From: Acidimicrobiia bacterium
GTDB taxonomy: Bacteria > Actinomycetota > Acidimicrobiia > Spongiisociales > UBA5794
DNA: 26,107 nt
Direction: 5' to 3'
NCBI GenBank assembly: GCA_036447125.1
Contig: JAZFUH010000056.1
Coordinates: 1 to 26,107, forward strand
Made by a program: the position numbers and the translations under genes. A model generated the notes under the pieces. The model was not told the origin of the DNA, did not search any database, and saw nothing but the letters and a program-made list of their open reading frames with translations. This document shows, one piece after another, positions 8,171 through 17,070 of this stretch. Positions within the stretch are counted from its first letter, which is position 1, and the number at the start of each line of letters is the position of its first letter.

Positions 8171-9534
8171 AGGCTGTGGGAGCTCGGATGCCCCGCTACG
8201 ACGGGGTCGGCCATGTGACGGGACAGACGCAGTACGTCGACGACGTGCGAGTGCACGGGATGCTCTCGGCGAAGGCCCTGAGGTCAACCGTCCACCATGC
8301 TGCCATCACGAACATTGACACATCAAAGGCAGAGGCGATGCCAGGTGTGAAGGCCGTCATCACCTCGAAGGACGTCCCCCTCCTTGAGTACGGACACCTC
8401 TCAGGACTCGGCATCCCCGCGGACGAGCCGTTGCTCGCCAAGGACGATGTCCGCTACCTCGGCCAGCCAATCGCACTGGTGGCAGCAGAGGACGAGGACA
8501 CGGCTCAGGCTGCCGTCAACGCCATCGAGATCGAGTTCGAGGAGCGGCCCGCTCTGTGGGATGTCCGGAAGGCGTTCGATGCAGATGCCCCTCGGAGTCA
8601 TCACTGGGGCAACTGGTATACGCACTTCGAGGACGAGATGGACCGAAGGCAGATCAGGAAGGGGAACATCGAGCAGGCATTCGAGGACGCAGATCGCCTC
8701 GTCTCTGGCGTCTACCGAACTTCAGCGATCGAACATGTCCCGCTGGAGCCACAGGTGTCGCTCGTGACGCCGGAACCGGACGGCAGGCTCACGATCTACT
8801 CGTGCACGCAGGCTCTGTACTTCTCGCTCGCTGTTGTAGCAGCGCATCTCGAGATCCCGATGAACAGGATCAAGATCGTGGGTGGAACCGTCGGCGGTGG
8901 ATTCGGAGGAAAGGTCGACACGGCCACCGAGACCATCACGGCACTCGCTGCAATGAAGGCGAACCGCCCCGTCAAGTGGCGGTGGACGAGGGAAGAGGAG
9001 TTCCTCGTGTCATCTACGCGTGCGCCGTGGCACATGGAGATCATCGATGCGGTGACCAACGATGGTTGGATCTTGGGCCGTAAGATGCTGACGCTCCATG
9101 ACTCGGGCGCATATGCGCGGTTCAGCCCGTACGGGCTGACGAAGCACAGCTTCCACCACACGGGGGCGTACACGATCCCGAACCTGCACTTCGACGGCTA
9201 CGTCGTGTTCACCAACCGGACACCGTCGACGGCGATGCGCGGCTTTGGCGTGACTTCGATTTCGTTCGCTGTCGAAACGCACATGAACCGGATTGCAGAC
9301 ATCCTTGGGATCGACCCGTACGAGATCCGGCTCAAGAACGCGAACCGGATCAACGACACATCACCCAACCGGATCCGCTACACGGATCCGAGCACGGTGG
9401 ATGTCATCCATGCAATGTCGAACGCGACCGGAGTCGAACTCGCACCTGCGTACGCGGGCGCGACGAGGCAACCAAGGGAGGGCGACATGCTCCCTGACCA
9501 CCTGGTTTCACAGCTCAAGACGGAGGGACACTGA
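8167..9534 (+). CDS. Molybdenum hydroxylase molybdopterin-binding subunit, N-terminal half (NdhL-like)
   Basis: HVTGQTQYVDD, EHVPLEP, VGGGFGGKVD, AMRGFG, RLKNA motifs; 455 aa covering only the first half of an XDH-type large subunit. Confidence 0.93.
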   Translation: MKAVGARMPRYDGVGHVTGQTQYVDDVRVHGMLSAKALRSTVHHAAITNIDTSKAEAMPGVKAVITSKDVPLLEYGHLSGLGIPADEPLLAKDDVRYLGQPIALVAAEDEDTAQAAVNAIEIEFEERPALWDVRKAFDADAPRSHHWGNWYTHFEDEMDRRQIRKGNIEQAFEDADRLVSGVYRTSAIEHVPLEPQVSLVTPEPDGRLTIYSCTQALYFSLAVVAAHLEIPMNRIKIVGGTVGGGFGGKVDTATETITALAAMKANRPVKWRWTREEEFLVSSTRAPWHMEIIDAVTNDGWILGRKMLTLHDSGAYARFSPYGLTKHSFHHTGAYTIPNLHFDGYVVFTNRTPSTAMRGFGVTSISFAVETHMNRIADILGIDPYEIRLKNANRINDTSPNRIRYTDPSTVDVIHAMSNATGVELAPAYAGATRQPREGDMLPDHLVSQLKTEGH

Positions 9535-10622
9535 TGGCGAAGCATCGAGGGTACGGGATCTCGTCGATCGAGTACCCGACCGGCATGAACCAGAACGGGG
9601 ACCCCTCCCAGGCATGGATCAAGATCAAGCCTGACGGGCGCGTCGATGTGTTTTCCGGAACGGCAGACATCGGCAACGGCGCCAAAACGATCCAGTCCCA
9701 GATCGTCGCCGAGGCGATCGGCGTACCATACGACTGGGTGACGTTCGACAACTCGAACACGGACTCTTCGCCGCTCTGCACGGGGACATTCGCCTCACGG
9801 GCAACGTTTGTCGCAGGCAACGCGGTCCTCAAGGCTGCACTCGACGTTCGCCAGAAGATCCTCGAGATCGCAGGCAAGGAGATGGAAGTGTCCCCAAAGG
9901 ACCTCGACATCGTTGATGGCGAGGTCAGGGTCAAGGGGGCTCCCGACAAGAACCTCAGCGTCGCCGACGTAGCAGGGGCAGCGACCTGGACGTACGGCGA
10001 GTTGTTGACCGGAACTGGTGCGCAGCTCAACGAATTCGCTGATATTGTCAACGCCGAGACCGGAGAGGTGTCCGGCCCCCCACATGCGGCGATCTCGTAT
10101 GCGGCATGTGCCGCAGAGGTCGAGGTCGACGATGTGACGGGTAACGTGCAGGTGCTGCGCTTGATCCAGGTATACGACGTCGGACGGGCGATCAACCCGT
10201 CGCTCGTTGAGGGCCAGATCGAGGGAGGGGCCCTCATGGGGCTCGGACTGGGCGTGCTCGAGAACTCATACCCGTATTACCCGTCGGTCAAGCACCGCGG
10301 CGCGTCGATCGGGTCGTACTACATGCCGAGCTCTGAGGACATGCCAGAGTACGAAACGATCATCATCGAGAACCCGAGCGCCGACGGACCGTACGGCGCC
10401 AAGGGAATCGGCGAGATGGCCAACAACGGCCAACCTGGTGCGATCGCAACCGCCGTGCACGACGCAATAGGTGTCTGGGTGACGGAGTTGCCGATCACCC
10501 CGGAACTCGTGCTGCGGGCGCTCGAAGCAAAAGCAGAACCAAGGATCGAGGGGAAACTTGTAGCGTTCGATGACGAGCTGTCGGTCAACGCCGTCGCGAC
10601 CGGTATCACGTGGAACCCGTAG
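9534..10622 (+). CDS. Molybdenum hydroxylase molybdopterin-binding subunit, C-terminal half (NdhM-like)
   Basis: Begins MAKHRGYGIS; DIGNG, GTFASRAT, DVGRAINP...GQIEGG, GAKGIGE (catalytic Glu); TGATG coupling and GGAGGG SD. Confidence 0.93.
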   Translation: MAKHRGYGISSIEYPTGMNQNGDPSQAWIKIKPDGRVDVFSGTADIGNGAKTIQSQIVAEAIGVPYDWVTFDNSNTDSSPLCTGTFASRATFVAGNAVLKAALDVRQKILEIAGKEMEVSPKDLDIVDGEVRVKGAPDKNLSVADVAGAATWTYGELLTGTGAQLNEFADIVNAETGEVSGPPHAAISYAACAAEVEVDDVTGNVQVLRLIQVYDVGRAINPSLVEGQIEGGALMGLGLGVLENSYPYYPSVKHRGASIGSYYMPSSEDMPEYETIIIENPSADGPYGAKGIGEMANNGQPGAIATAVHDAIGVWVTELPITPELVLRALEAKAEPRIEGKLVAFDDELSVNAVATGITWNP

Positions 10623-10647
10623 CCCAGACAATGGCGGGGCGTTGATC

Positions 10648-11355
10648 GTGAACCGCACCGCACTGGTGACAGGAGGGGCGAGCGGCATCGGGCTTGCAGT
10701 CGCTCATCGGCTGACGGCTGATGGGTTGAACGTTGCCATCGCCGACATCAACGAACAGACGCTCGCGGCTGCAGCGGACAGCTTCACATCGGCACATTGG
10801 CTCGACGTAGCCGACAGCGGTGCGGTCGAGGCCCTCATCGAGGACATCGGGCCTGTCGACGTCCTCGTGAACAGTGCAGGCATCGTCGGCCCCAACATGC
10901 CCGTGTGGGACGTTGACGACGATGCCTGGGCGCTGACCATGGCGGTCAACCTCACCGGCACGTTCAACACCATGAGGGCGGTCCTCCCCTCGATGCGCGA
11001 GCGCGGATGGGGACGGATCGTCAACATCGCGTCGATCGCCGGCAAGGAGGGCAACCCGAACCTCGCTGCCTATTCGGCAAGCAAGGCGGCCGTGATTGGC
11101 CTGACGAAGTCGGTTGGCAAGGAAACTGCGACGGACGGTGTGATTGTGAACGCGGTGGCCCCTGCTGTGATCAGCACGCCGATGAACGACGACACCGAGC
11201 CTGAAACGGTGGACTACATGGTGTCGAAGATCCCGATGGGTCGCCTCGGCCTGCCCGAAGAGGTTGCAGCACTCGTCTCATGGCTGTCTTCGGACGAGGT
11301 CACCTTCTCGACCGGCCACACCTACGACATCTCAGGCGGCAGGGCTACATACTGA
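10648..11355 (+). CDS. SDR family NAD(P)-dependent oxidoreductase, similar to 2-keto-3-deoxy-L-rhamnonate 4-dehydrogenase (LRA5 type)
   Basis: TGGASGIG, VNSAG, YSASK catalytic motif, GKEGNPN...SKIPMGRLG...SGGRATY as recalled for the Sphingomonas LRA5 subfamily. Start GTG 10648 (TTG 10642 possible). Confidence 0.9.
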   Translation: MNRTALVTGGASGIGLAVAHRLTADGLNVAIADINEQTLAAAADSFTSAHWLDVADSGAVEALIEDIGPVDVLVNSAGIVGPNMPVWDVDDDAWALTMAVNLTGTFNTMRAVLPSMRERGWGRIVNIASIAGKEGNPNLAAYSASKAAVIGLTKSVGKETATDGVIVNAVAPAVISTPMNDDTEPETVDYMVSKIPMGRLGLPEEVAALVSWLSSDEVTFSTGHTYDISGGRATY

Positions 11356-11412
11356 CGAGAGCGCCGTGAACGACCTGAACGCGACCAACACCTCGAACAG
11401 GAAAGCAGCACC

Positions 11413-12255
11413 ATGAAACTCGCACGAGCCCGCGTGGGCACCGCAACCATCCCCGTCCTCGTGACCGACGACGGACTGCTCGATCTCTCGGGACACGTCG
11501 GAGACATCGATCGATCGTTCCTGTCGTCCGGGGGACTCGACCTTGTCAGGGGACTTGACCGCGCGTCGCTCCCGGTCGTCGAATCCGACGGCTACGCCTC
11601 CTGCATCGCCAGGCCGGGGACGGTGATGTGCATCGGCCTGAACTACGCCGACCACGCCGAGGAGTCCGGCCTCCCCGTGCCTGACGAGCCCATCCTCTTC
11701 CAGAAGGCGACGAACACGGTGGTCGGGCCGAACGATCCCGTGATCATCCCGAGGAACTCGGTCAAGACGGACTGGGAGGTCGAACTCGGCGTCGTGGTCG
11801 GGGCCACGGCCCGCTACCTCGATGACGAGGCAGCTGGGTGGGCCGCCATCGCGGGGTACACCGTCTCCCACGATGTCTCGGAGCGGGAGTTCCAACTCGA
11901 ACACGGCGGTCAGTGGACCAAGGGGAAGTCCTGTGAGAACTTCAACCCCGTTGGACCGTGGCTCGTCACCACAGACGAGGTTGGTAACCCCATGAACCTC
12001 GCGATGCGGACGACCGTCAACGGCGAGATCATGCAGAACGGCACCTCCGCGACGATGATCTTCAGTCCGGGCTACGTCGTGTGGTACATCAGTCAGTTCA
12101 TGGTCCTCGAACCGGGGGATCTCATCAATACCGGAACGCCTCCTGGTGTAGGGATGGGGATGAACCCGCCCCGGTACCTCGCCGCCGGCGACACTGTCGA
12201 AATCTCGATTGAAGGTCTCGGCACGCAGAGGCAGGTTTGCCTGGACGCCAGCTGA
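11413..12255 (+). CDS. Fumarylacetoacetate hydrolase family protein, similar to 2,4-diketo-3-deoxy sugar-acid hydrolase (LRA6 type)
   Basis: CIGLNYADHAEE, DWEVELGVVVG, HDVSER, QWTKGK, LINTGTPPGVG motifs. Confidence 0.92.
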   Translation: MKLARARVGTATIPVLVTDDGLLDLSGHVGDIDRSFLSSGGLDLVRGLDRASLPVVESDGYASCIARPGTVMCIGLNYADHAEESGLPVPDEPILFQKATNTVVGPNDPVIIPRNSVKTDWEVELGVVVGATARYLDDEAAGWAAIAGYTVSHDVSEREFQLEHGGQWTKGKSCENFNPVGPWLVTTDEVGNPMNLAMRTTVNGEIMQNGTSATMIFSPGYVVWYISQFMVLEPGDLINTGTPPGVGMGMNPPRYLAAGDTVEISIEGLGTQRQVCLDAS

Positions 12256-12498
12256 GCCCTCTGCTCGGATCGTTCAGCATCCCGCGCGAGCCTGCTCTCA
12301 GAGACGCTGCGTGAGGCGTACGGGACAACCTGGCACCTATCTTGACGCATGCCCGTCGCCCGGTCGCAAGAAGGTGCCTCAATGGCCTTCGCGATCAGTG
12401 TGGTTTTCGTCGCGCTGGTGGCGACGCCGTCCGGAGCCTGGGCGCAGCCAAGTAGAGAGGTGGTCGCACCACCGACGGTGAACGCCCTCGTTCTCGAC

Positions 12499-13043
12499 TC
12501 AGGCGTCCTTCACAAGACGCCAGTCACCATCCGTCTGGTAGACGCGTTCGTGGACCTCGGATTCGACGATCGCTCGCAGGATAGGTTGCTGCCGTGCTGC
12601 GTCCTCCGCTGTGCGAACCTGCATCGGCCATGCTGTCACCTCGCCTGGGAGTCCAGCGTGCAGTCGTGTGATGTGGCCGTGGATCCAGTGCGACGGGTAC
12701 ACCGCGTCGCTAGTGACGGGTTGGAGCGGCCCACCGGTGTGTACGTTGATCGCTGCTTCGAGCTTGTTCCAAGTCAGCGTCCACTTGCCGTTGATCCCGC
12801 CATCGGCGTCCCTCACCGGTTCCTCGGTCTCCACCGTGCCGTGACCGTCGAGCAGCCACTCGTTCATGTCGTCGAGTACTTCGATCGCGAGGGTGTCAGG
12901 AGCCGGAAAGCCTTGAGGAAGACCTCCTCGCGTGCCTCCCTGCTCTTCGCTTCCTCGTAGTAGTCGTGTTCGAGGTCCGCGAGATGACGCATCGTGTCTT
13001 CAACCCGCGAACGCCAGAACTCTCTGTCGGTCGCTACCACCAT
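12499..13043 (-). pseudogene. Conserved hypothetical protein split by a 1-bp frameshift (pseudogene or sequencing error)
   Basis: Track ORFs 12864-13058 and 12499-12867 join into one 181 aa frame if one C is added to the CCC run (forward GGG 12891-12893): ...FRLLTP|LAIEVLDDMNEWLL... ATG 13043 has a GGAGG SD 8 nt upstream. Confidence 0.65.
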
Positions 13044-13196
13044 GGGATGGTCCTCCATTCGGTCTGCCGCGGGTGCTACCGGCGGTCCCCAACGTGTTCA
13101 TCAGCAACAGAAATCGCAGACGTGATGCGGTAATGTCATCCGATCGGATCACACAGCACCCCCTCGAACGCGATCAGGGACCGCTTCATCGCAGCG

Positions 13197-13661
13197 GTGG
13201 TGGCTTCCGGATGCACGGTCACAGCCTCGGCCGACGGCAACTTGGCCGCGCTCGGAATCAGGGAGGGGGCCGTGGCCAGTTCGCTGGCACTCGACCGGTA
13301 CCCCGATCTAGCTGACATTGCGAGACGGCCCGCAGCCTCGCCGCTTACGACCTTCACGGAGGGAGTCGTCGCAGGCGAACTCGGGATCGCGGAGACCGGA
13401 TCCGTCCTCGTCGTCGAGAACGAGATCGAGGACCGACTCGTTTCTATGATGTCCGAACACCTCACAGTGCTGGTGAGGGCCGAAACCATCGCTGAGCACC
13501 TCGATGCCGCGGAGACATGGTTCACCGAGACGAACGACATGCCCTCGTATGCCGTGCTGTTGACGGGCCCATCGCGTACGGCGGACATCGAACGATCGCT
13601 GACCATTGGCGTGCAGGGCCCGTCGACAACCAGGGTCGTCATCGTCGGAGAGCAGCCGTGA
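13197..13661 (+). CDS. lutC: LUD-domain lactate utilization protein (LutC/LldG family); true start uncertain, probably further upstream
   Basis: GIAETGSVLV, LLTGPSRTADIERSLTIGVQGP motifs. The frame stays open and LutC-like (AIRDRFIAAVVASG) back to a TAA at 13131-13133. Confidence 0.88.
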   Translation: MVASGCTVTASADGNLAALGIREGAVASSLALDRYPDLADIARRPAASPLTTFTEGVVAGELGIAETGSVLVVENEIEDRLVSMMSEHLTVLVRAETIAEHLDAAETWFTETNDMPSYAVLLTGPSRTADIERSLTIGVQGPSTTRVVIVGEQP

Positions 13662-15769
13662 GCACGGGCGGGACAGCCGCCACACAAGGATCCGGGCAGG
13701 ACCAGATCTCAGCCTCTCTCCTCGAATTCCAAAGGGCATGGCGTGGCGATCGGGGAACGAGGATCGCAGAGCTTGACGAGGTGGGGGGCTTCGAGCATCT
13801 GCGCCACGGGCTCTCTGATGCCAAGAAGCAGGTCAGAGCACGCTGGAGCGAATACATCGACGCGTTCACCGCCAATGCAGAGGCTGCGGGATCGACGGTG
13901 GTGATGGCGTCGAACGCCGAGGAGGCGAATCAGTACATCGTCGACCTGTGCCTCGACAAGGGCGCAGACCTCGTCGTCAAGGGAAAGTCGATGGCGACGG
14001 AGGAGATCGGGCTCAACGATGCGCTCGAGCGCGCTGGCATCGTCGCCCTCGAGACTGACCTCGGCGAATGGCTGGTCCAGCTGGCGAACGACCAGCCGTC
14101 CCATCTCGTGATGCCGGCAATCCATATGCGGCGCCAAGAGGTCGCAGCACTGCTTGAGAGGGAGCTGGGGAGACCGTTCGACCCAGACGACATCAAGGCT
14201 ATGGTCAGGGCTGCCCGCACCGAGATGAGGGCAGATTTCTCAAGGGCGAAGGTTGGCTTGACGGGAGCGAACGTGCTGATCGCAGAGCGCGGGACCGTGA
14301 TGATCGTCTGCAACGAGGGGAACAACCGGATGTCGGTTGCGCTCCCGGACACCCACATCGTGGTCGCCGGAATCGAGAAGCTCGTCAGGTCGTTCGGTGA
14401 CGCCATGAACGTCGTCAGGCTGCTTCCCAGATCCGCAACCGGGCAGGTCATCACCACGTACACGAACTTCATCACCGGACCGCGGCCAGGGCAGGAACAG
14501 CACATCGTACTGATCGACAACGGACGCAGCGCCATGGCCGAACGGAAGGAGTTCGCTGATGCGTTGGCCTGCATAAGGTGTGGAGCGTGCGCCAACGTAT
14601 GCCCCTCCTTCCAGGCAGCAGGAGGTCATCGGTTCGGTCACATCTACACGGGCCCGATCGGCATCGTCGTCACCCCCTTCCACCACGGCCTTGAAGCCGC
14701 GGCTGGGCCCCAGGAGCTGTGCGTCTCGTGCGGCGCATGCACGACCGTGTGCCCTGCCGATATCCCGCTCGCACAACAGATCCTGCGAGTCAGGGCCGAC
14801 GTCAGGGAGCAGACACCGGGTGGCTTCGTGCGGAGGACCCTGCTCCGGATGTTCTCTAGGCGGTGGATCGTGGCAGTAGGGATCAGGTTCGCAGCGATTC
14901 TCACCAGCCCGTTCAGGAAGGGGCAGACGCTGCGGCTTCCGATGAGGACACGGCAGACGACTTGGAGATCTCTCCCCGCCATACCCGTGACGCCCGCTCG
15001 CTCGCGTCTGGCAGCGAGTCAGACCCATGCCCCCGACAGACCGACGGTAGGTGTCCTCTTGCAGTGTGTGAGCGACAGGGTTGCACCGGACATCGCTGTG
15101 TCGGCGGTCCACGTCCTCGAAGCAGCCGGGTACAACGTGGAGATTCCGAAGAGCCAGCATTGTTGTGGGCTGCCTGCGTACGACAGTGGGGAGTGGGAGA
15201 TCGCCAGACGGATGGCAAGGGATACCCTGAGGACGTTCCAACGGTTCGACACTATCGTCACACCGGCGCCGTCGTGTGTCGTCGCGATGGCGCACGAGTA
15301 CGCGACGCTCCTCAAAGACGACGAGACTTGGCTTCCCATCGCCCTCGAGGTCGGCCCCAAGGTTCACGACCTCGTGTCCTTCCTCGCAGACCAGGAATCG
15401 CTCGTTGGGGGAACGGTCGATGACCATGAGCCGGTCACGGTCCATCGGTTCTGCCAGTCAGGGAACGTGCTTGGGCACACCGACGAGATCGACCGGGTGC
15501 TCGCAGCAGCGGGCATCGAGGTTATCCAGCAAGCGGAGCCTGACGTGTGCTGTGGCTTTGGCGGGTCGGCCTCGGTCACGGCGCCGGATGTCTCATCGGT
15601 CATCGCGGCGCGCAAGCTCGATTCCCTCCAGGCGGCAGGTGTCTCGACGATCGTTGCAGACAACCCAGGATGCATCCTCCATCTGAGGGGCGTGATCGAT
15701 GCAGCCGGCGTCGAGATGGATGTCGTCCACCCTGGCGAGATTCTCGCCAGACGAGGTGATCGATCATGA
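13658..15769 (+). CDS. L-lactate dehydrogenase Fe-S subunit: LutB/LldF (LUD + 2x[4Fe-4S]) fused to LutA/LldE (CCG domains)
   Basis: KGKSMATEEIGLN, ETDLGEWLVQLAN..PSHLVMPAIH, CIRCGACANVCP, CVSCGACTTVCP, then CCGLPA and CCGFGG...NPGCILH in one 703 aa frame. GTG 13658 overlaps the lutC stop (GTGA). Confidence 0.92.
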   Translation: MSTGGTAATQGSGQDQISASLLEFQRAWRGDRGTRIAELDEVGGFEHLRHGLSDAKKQVRARWSEYIDAFTANAEAAGSTVVMASNAEEANQYIVDLCLDKGADLVVKGKSMATEEIGLNDALERAGIVALETDLGEWLVQLANDQPSHLVMPAIHMRRQEVAALLERELGRPFDPDDIKAMVRAARTEMRADFSRAKVGLTGANVLIAERGTVMIVCNEGNNRMSVALPDTHIVVAGIEKLVRSFGDAMNVVRLLPRSATGQVITTYTNFITGPRPGQEQHIVLIDNGRSAMAERKEFADALACIRCGACANVCPSFQAAGGHRFGHIYTGPIGIVVTPFHHGLEAAAGPQELCVSCGACTTVCPADIPLAQQILRVRADVREQTPGGFVRRTLLRMFSRRWIVAVGIRFAAILTSPFRKGQTLRLPMRTRQTTWRSLPAIPVTPARSRLAASQTHAPDRPTVGVLLQCVSDRVAPDIAVSAVHVLEAAGYNVEIPKSQHCCGLPAYDSGEWEIARRMARDTLRTFQRFDTIVTPAPSCVVAMAHEYATLLKDDETWLPIALEVGPKVHDLVSFLADQESLVGGTVDDHEPVTVHRFCQSGNVLGHTDEIDRVLAAAGIEVIQQAEPDVCCGFGGSASVTAPDVSSVIAARKLDSLQAAGVSTIVADNPGCILHLRGVIDAAGVEMDVVHPGEILARRGDRS

Positions 15770-15864
15770 TCGGCAGTACGAAACCGCAGACCCCACAGGT
15801 CGAATAGGATGCTCACCAAGTCGATGACCGGTACGGATCGACGCTGAGGCAAGGAGCCGGACCA

Positions 15865-17070
15865 TTGGAAGACCACCTAAACGTCGCCCTCCTCGGCACG
15901 AAGTTCATGGGCAGGGCGCACGCGAACGCTTGGCTGAACGTCGGGAAGTTCTTCGACACAGTCCCCTTGCCCACCATGCACACCGTGGTAGGCAGGAACG
16001 AGGCTGAGCTGGCAGCGTTCGCACGGAAGTGGGGGTGGGCCAAGAGCACAACCGATTGGCTCGCCGCCGTGCAGGACGCGGACGTCGACCTCGTTGACAT
16101 CGCAACACCGAACCACGTCCACGCCGATCAGGCGATCGCAGCGCTCGAAGCAGGGAAACACGTCGTCTGCGAGAAGCCTCTCGCGGGAACACTCGCGGAT
16201 GCCGAAGCGATGGCGGAGGCTGCCGTCGCGGCCGCTGGCCAGACCTTCGTCTGGTACAACTACCGCAGGGTTCCGGCCGTCGCCCTCGCACATCAGATCG
16301 TGCGGTCCGGCGCACTCGGAAGGATCTACCACGTCAGGGCTGCGTACCTCCAGAGCTGGGGAGGCCCGGACACGCCCCTCGTGTGGCGGTTCCAAGCCGA
16401 TATCGCCGGTTCCGGGGCCCACGGCGACCTCCAGGCGCACATCATCGACGCCATCCGATTCATTACCGGTGAGGAAATCGCGACGATCGAGGGAGCCATC
16501 GAACACACGTTCATCGAGGAGCGGACCCTTCTGGAAGGGGCAGGTGGGAGCGAGATCTCCGGCTCGGGGGCAGGCGGCTCTGAGGCGAAGGGCAAGAGCA
16601 CTGTGGATGACGCCGTCATGTTCATCGGGCGGATGACCGGCGGCGCACTCGCCTCGTTCGAGGCGACCAGGCTTGCGACCGGGTACCACAACGCGAACCG
16701 GTTCGAGATCCACGGGGAACACGGCGCGGTCCGCTTCAACTTCGAGCGAATGAACGAACTCGACTACTACGACGCTAGAGACGATGGCGCCCACGCTGGT
16801 TGGCGGGTGATCGACGCGACCAGAGGCGACGACGGCCATCCCTACGCCGACGCCTGGTGGCCAGCGAGCCACGGCCTCGGGTACGAGCACACATTCGTGA
16901 ACCAGGCCGCGGACATCGTCGCGATGATCGGAGGGAGGGCCCCTGTGGTCCCGATGCCTGACTTCGCAGACGCCCTCCGCACCCAGCAGGTTCTCGACGC
17001 AGCCATCGTGTCCGCACGCGAACGGGTGCCAGTGGACATCGACTATGACGACTCAGGAGACACAGCATGA
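15865..17070 (+). CDS. Gfo/Idh/MocA family NAD(P)-dependent sugar/cyclitol oxidoreductase (levoglucosan dehydrogenase-like clade)
   Basis: [36 protein letters not shown]...[32 protein letters not shown]; AAGGAG SD before TTG. Confidence 0.93.
   Translation: MEDHLNVALLGTKFMGRAHANAWLNVGKFFDTVPLPTMHTVVGRNEAELAAFARKWGWAKSTTDWLAAVQDADVDLVDIATPNHVHADQAIAALEAGKHVVCEKPLAGTLADAEAMAEAAVAAAGQTFVWYNYRRVPAVALAHQIVRSGALGRIYHVRAAYLQSWGGPDTPLVWRFQADIAGSGAHGDLQAHIIDAIRFITGEEIATIEGAIEHTFIEERTLLEGAGGSEISGSGAGGSEAKGKSTVDDAVMFIGRMTGGALASFEATRLATGYHNANRFEIHGEHGAVRFNFERMNELDYYDARDDGAHAGWRVIDATRGDDGHPYADAWWPASHGLGYEHTFVNQAADIVAMIGGRAPVVPMPDFADALRTQQVLDAAIVSARERVPVDIDYDDSGDTA

Noticed and set aside
8167-10622. Split of the Mo subunit being a frameshift artefact
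   Set aside because: The second gene has its own SD and TGATG coupling, begins with an NdhM-like N-terminus, and the split matches a known natural architecture.
15766-15807. 13 aa ORF (MIGSTKPQTPQVE) coupled by ATGA to the lactate dehydrogenase fusion
   Set aside because: Too short and featureless to separate from chance; the gap more likely holds a promoter (TAGGAT at 15805-15810).
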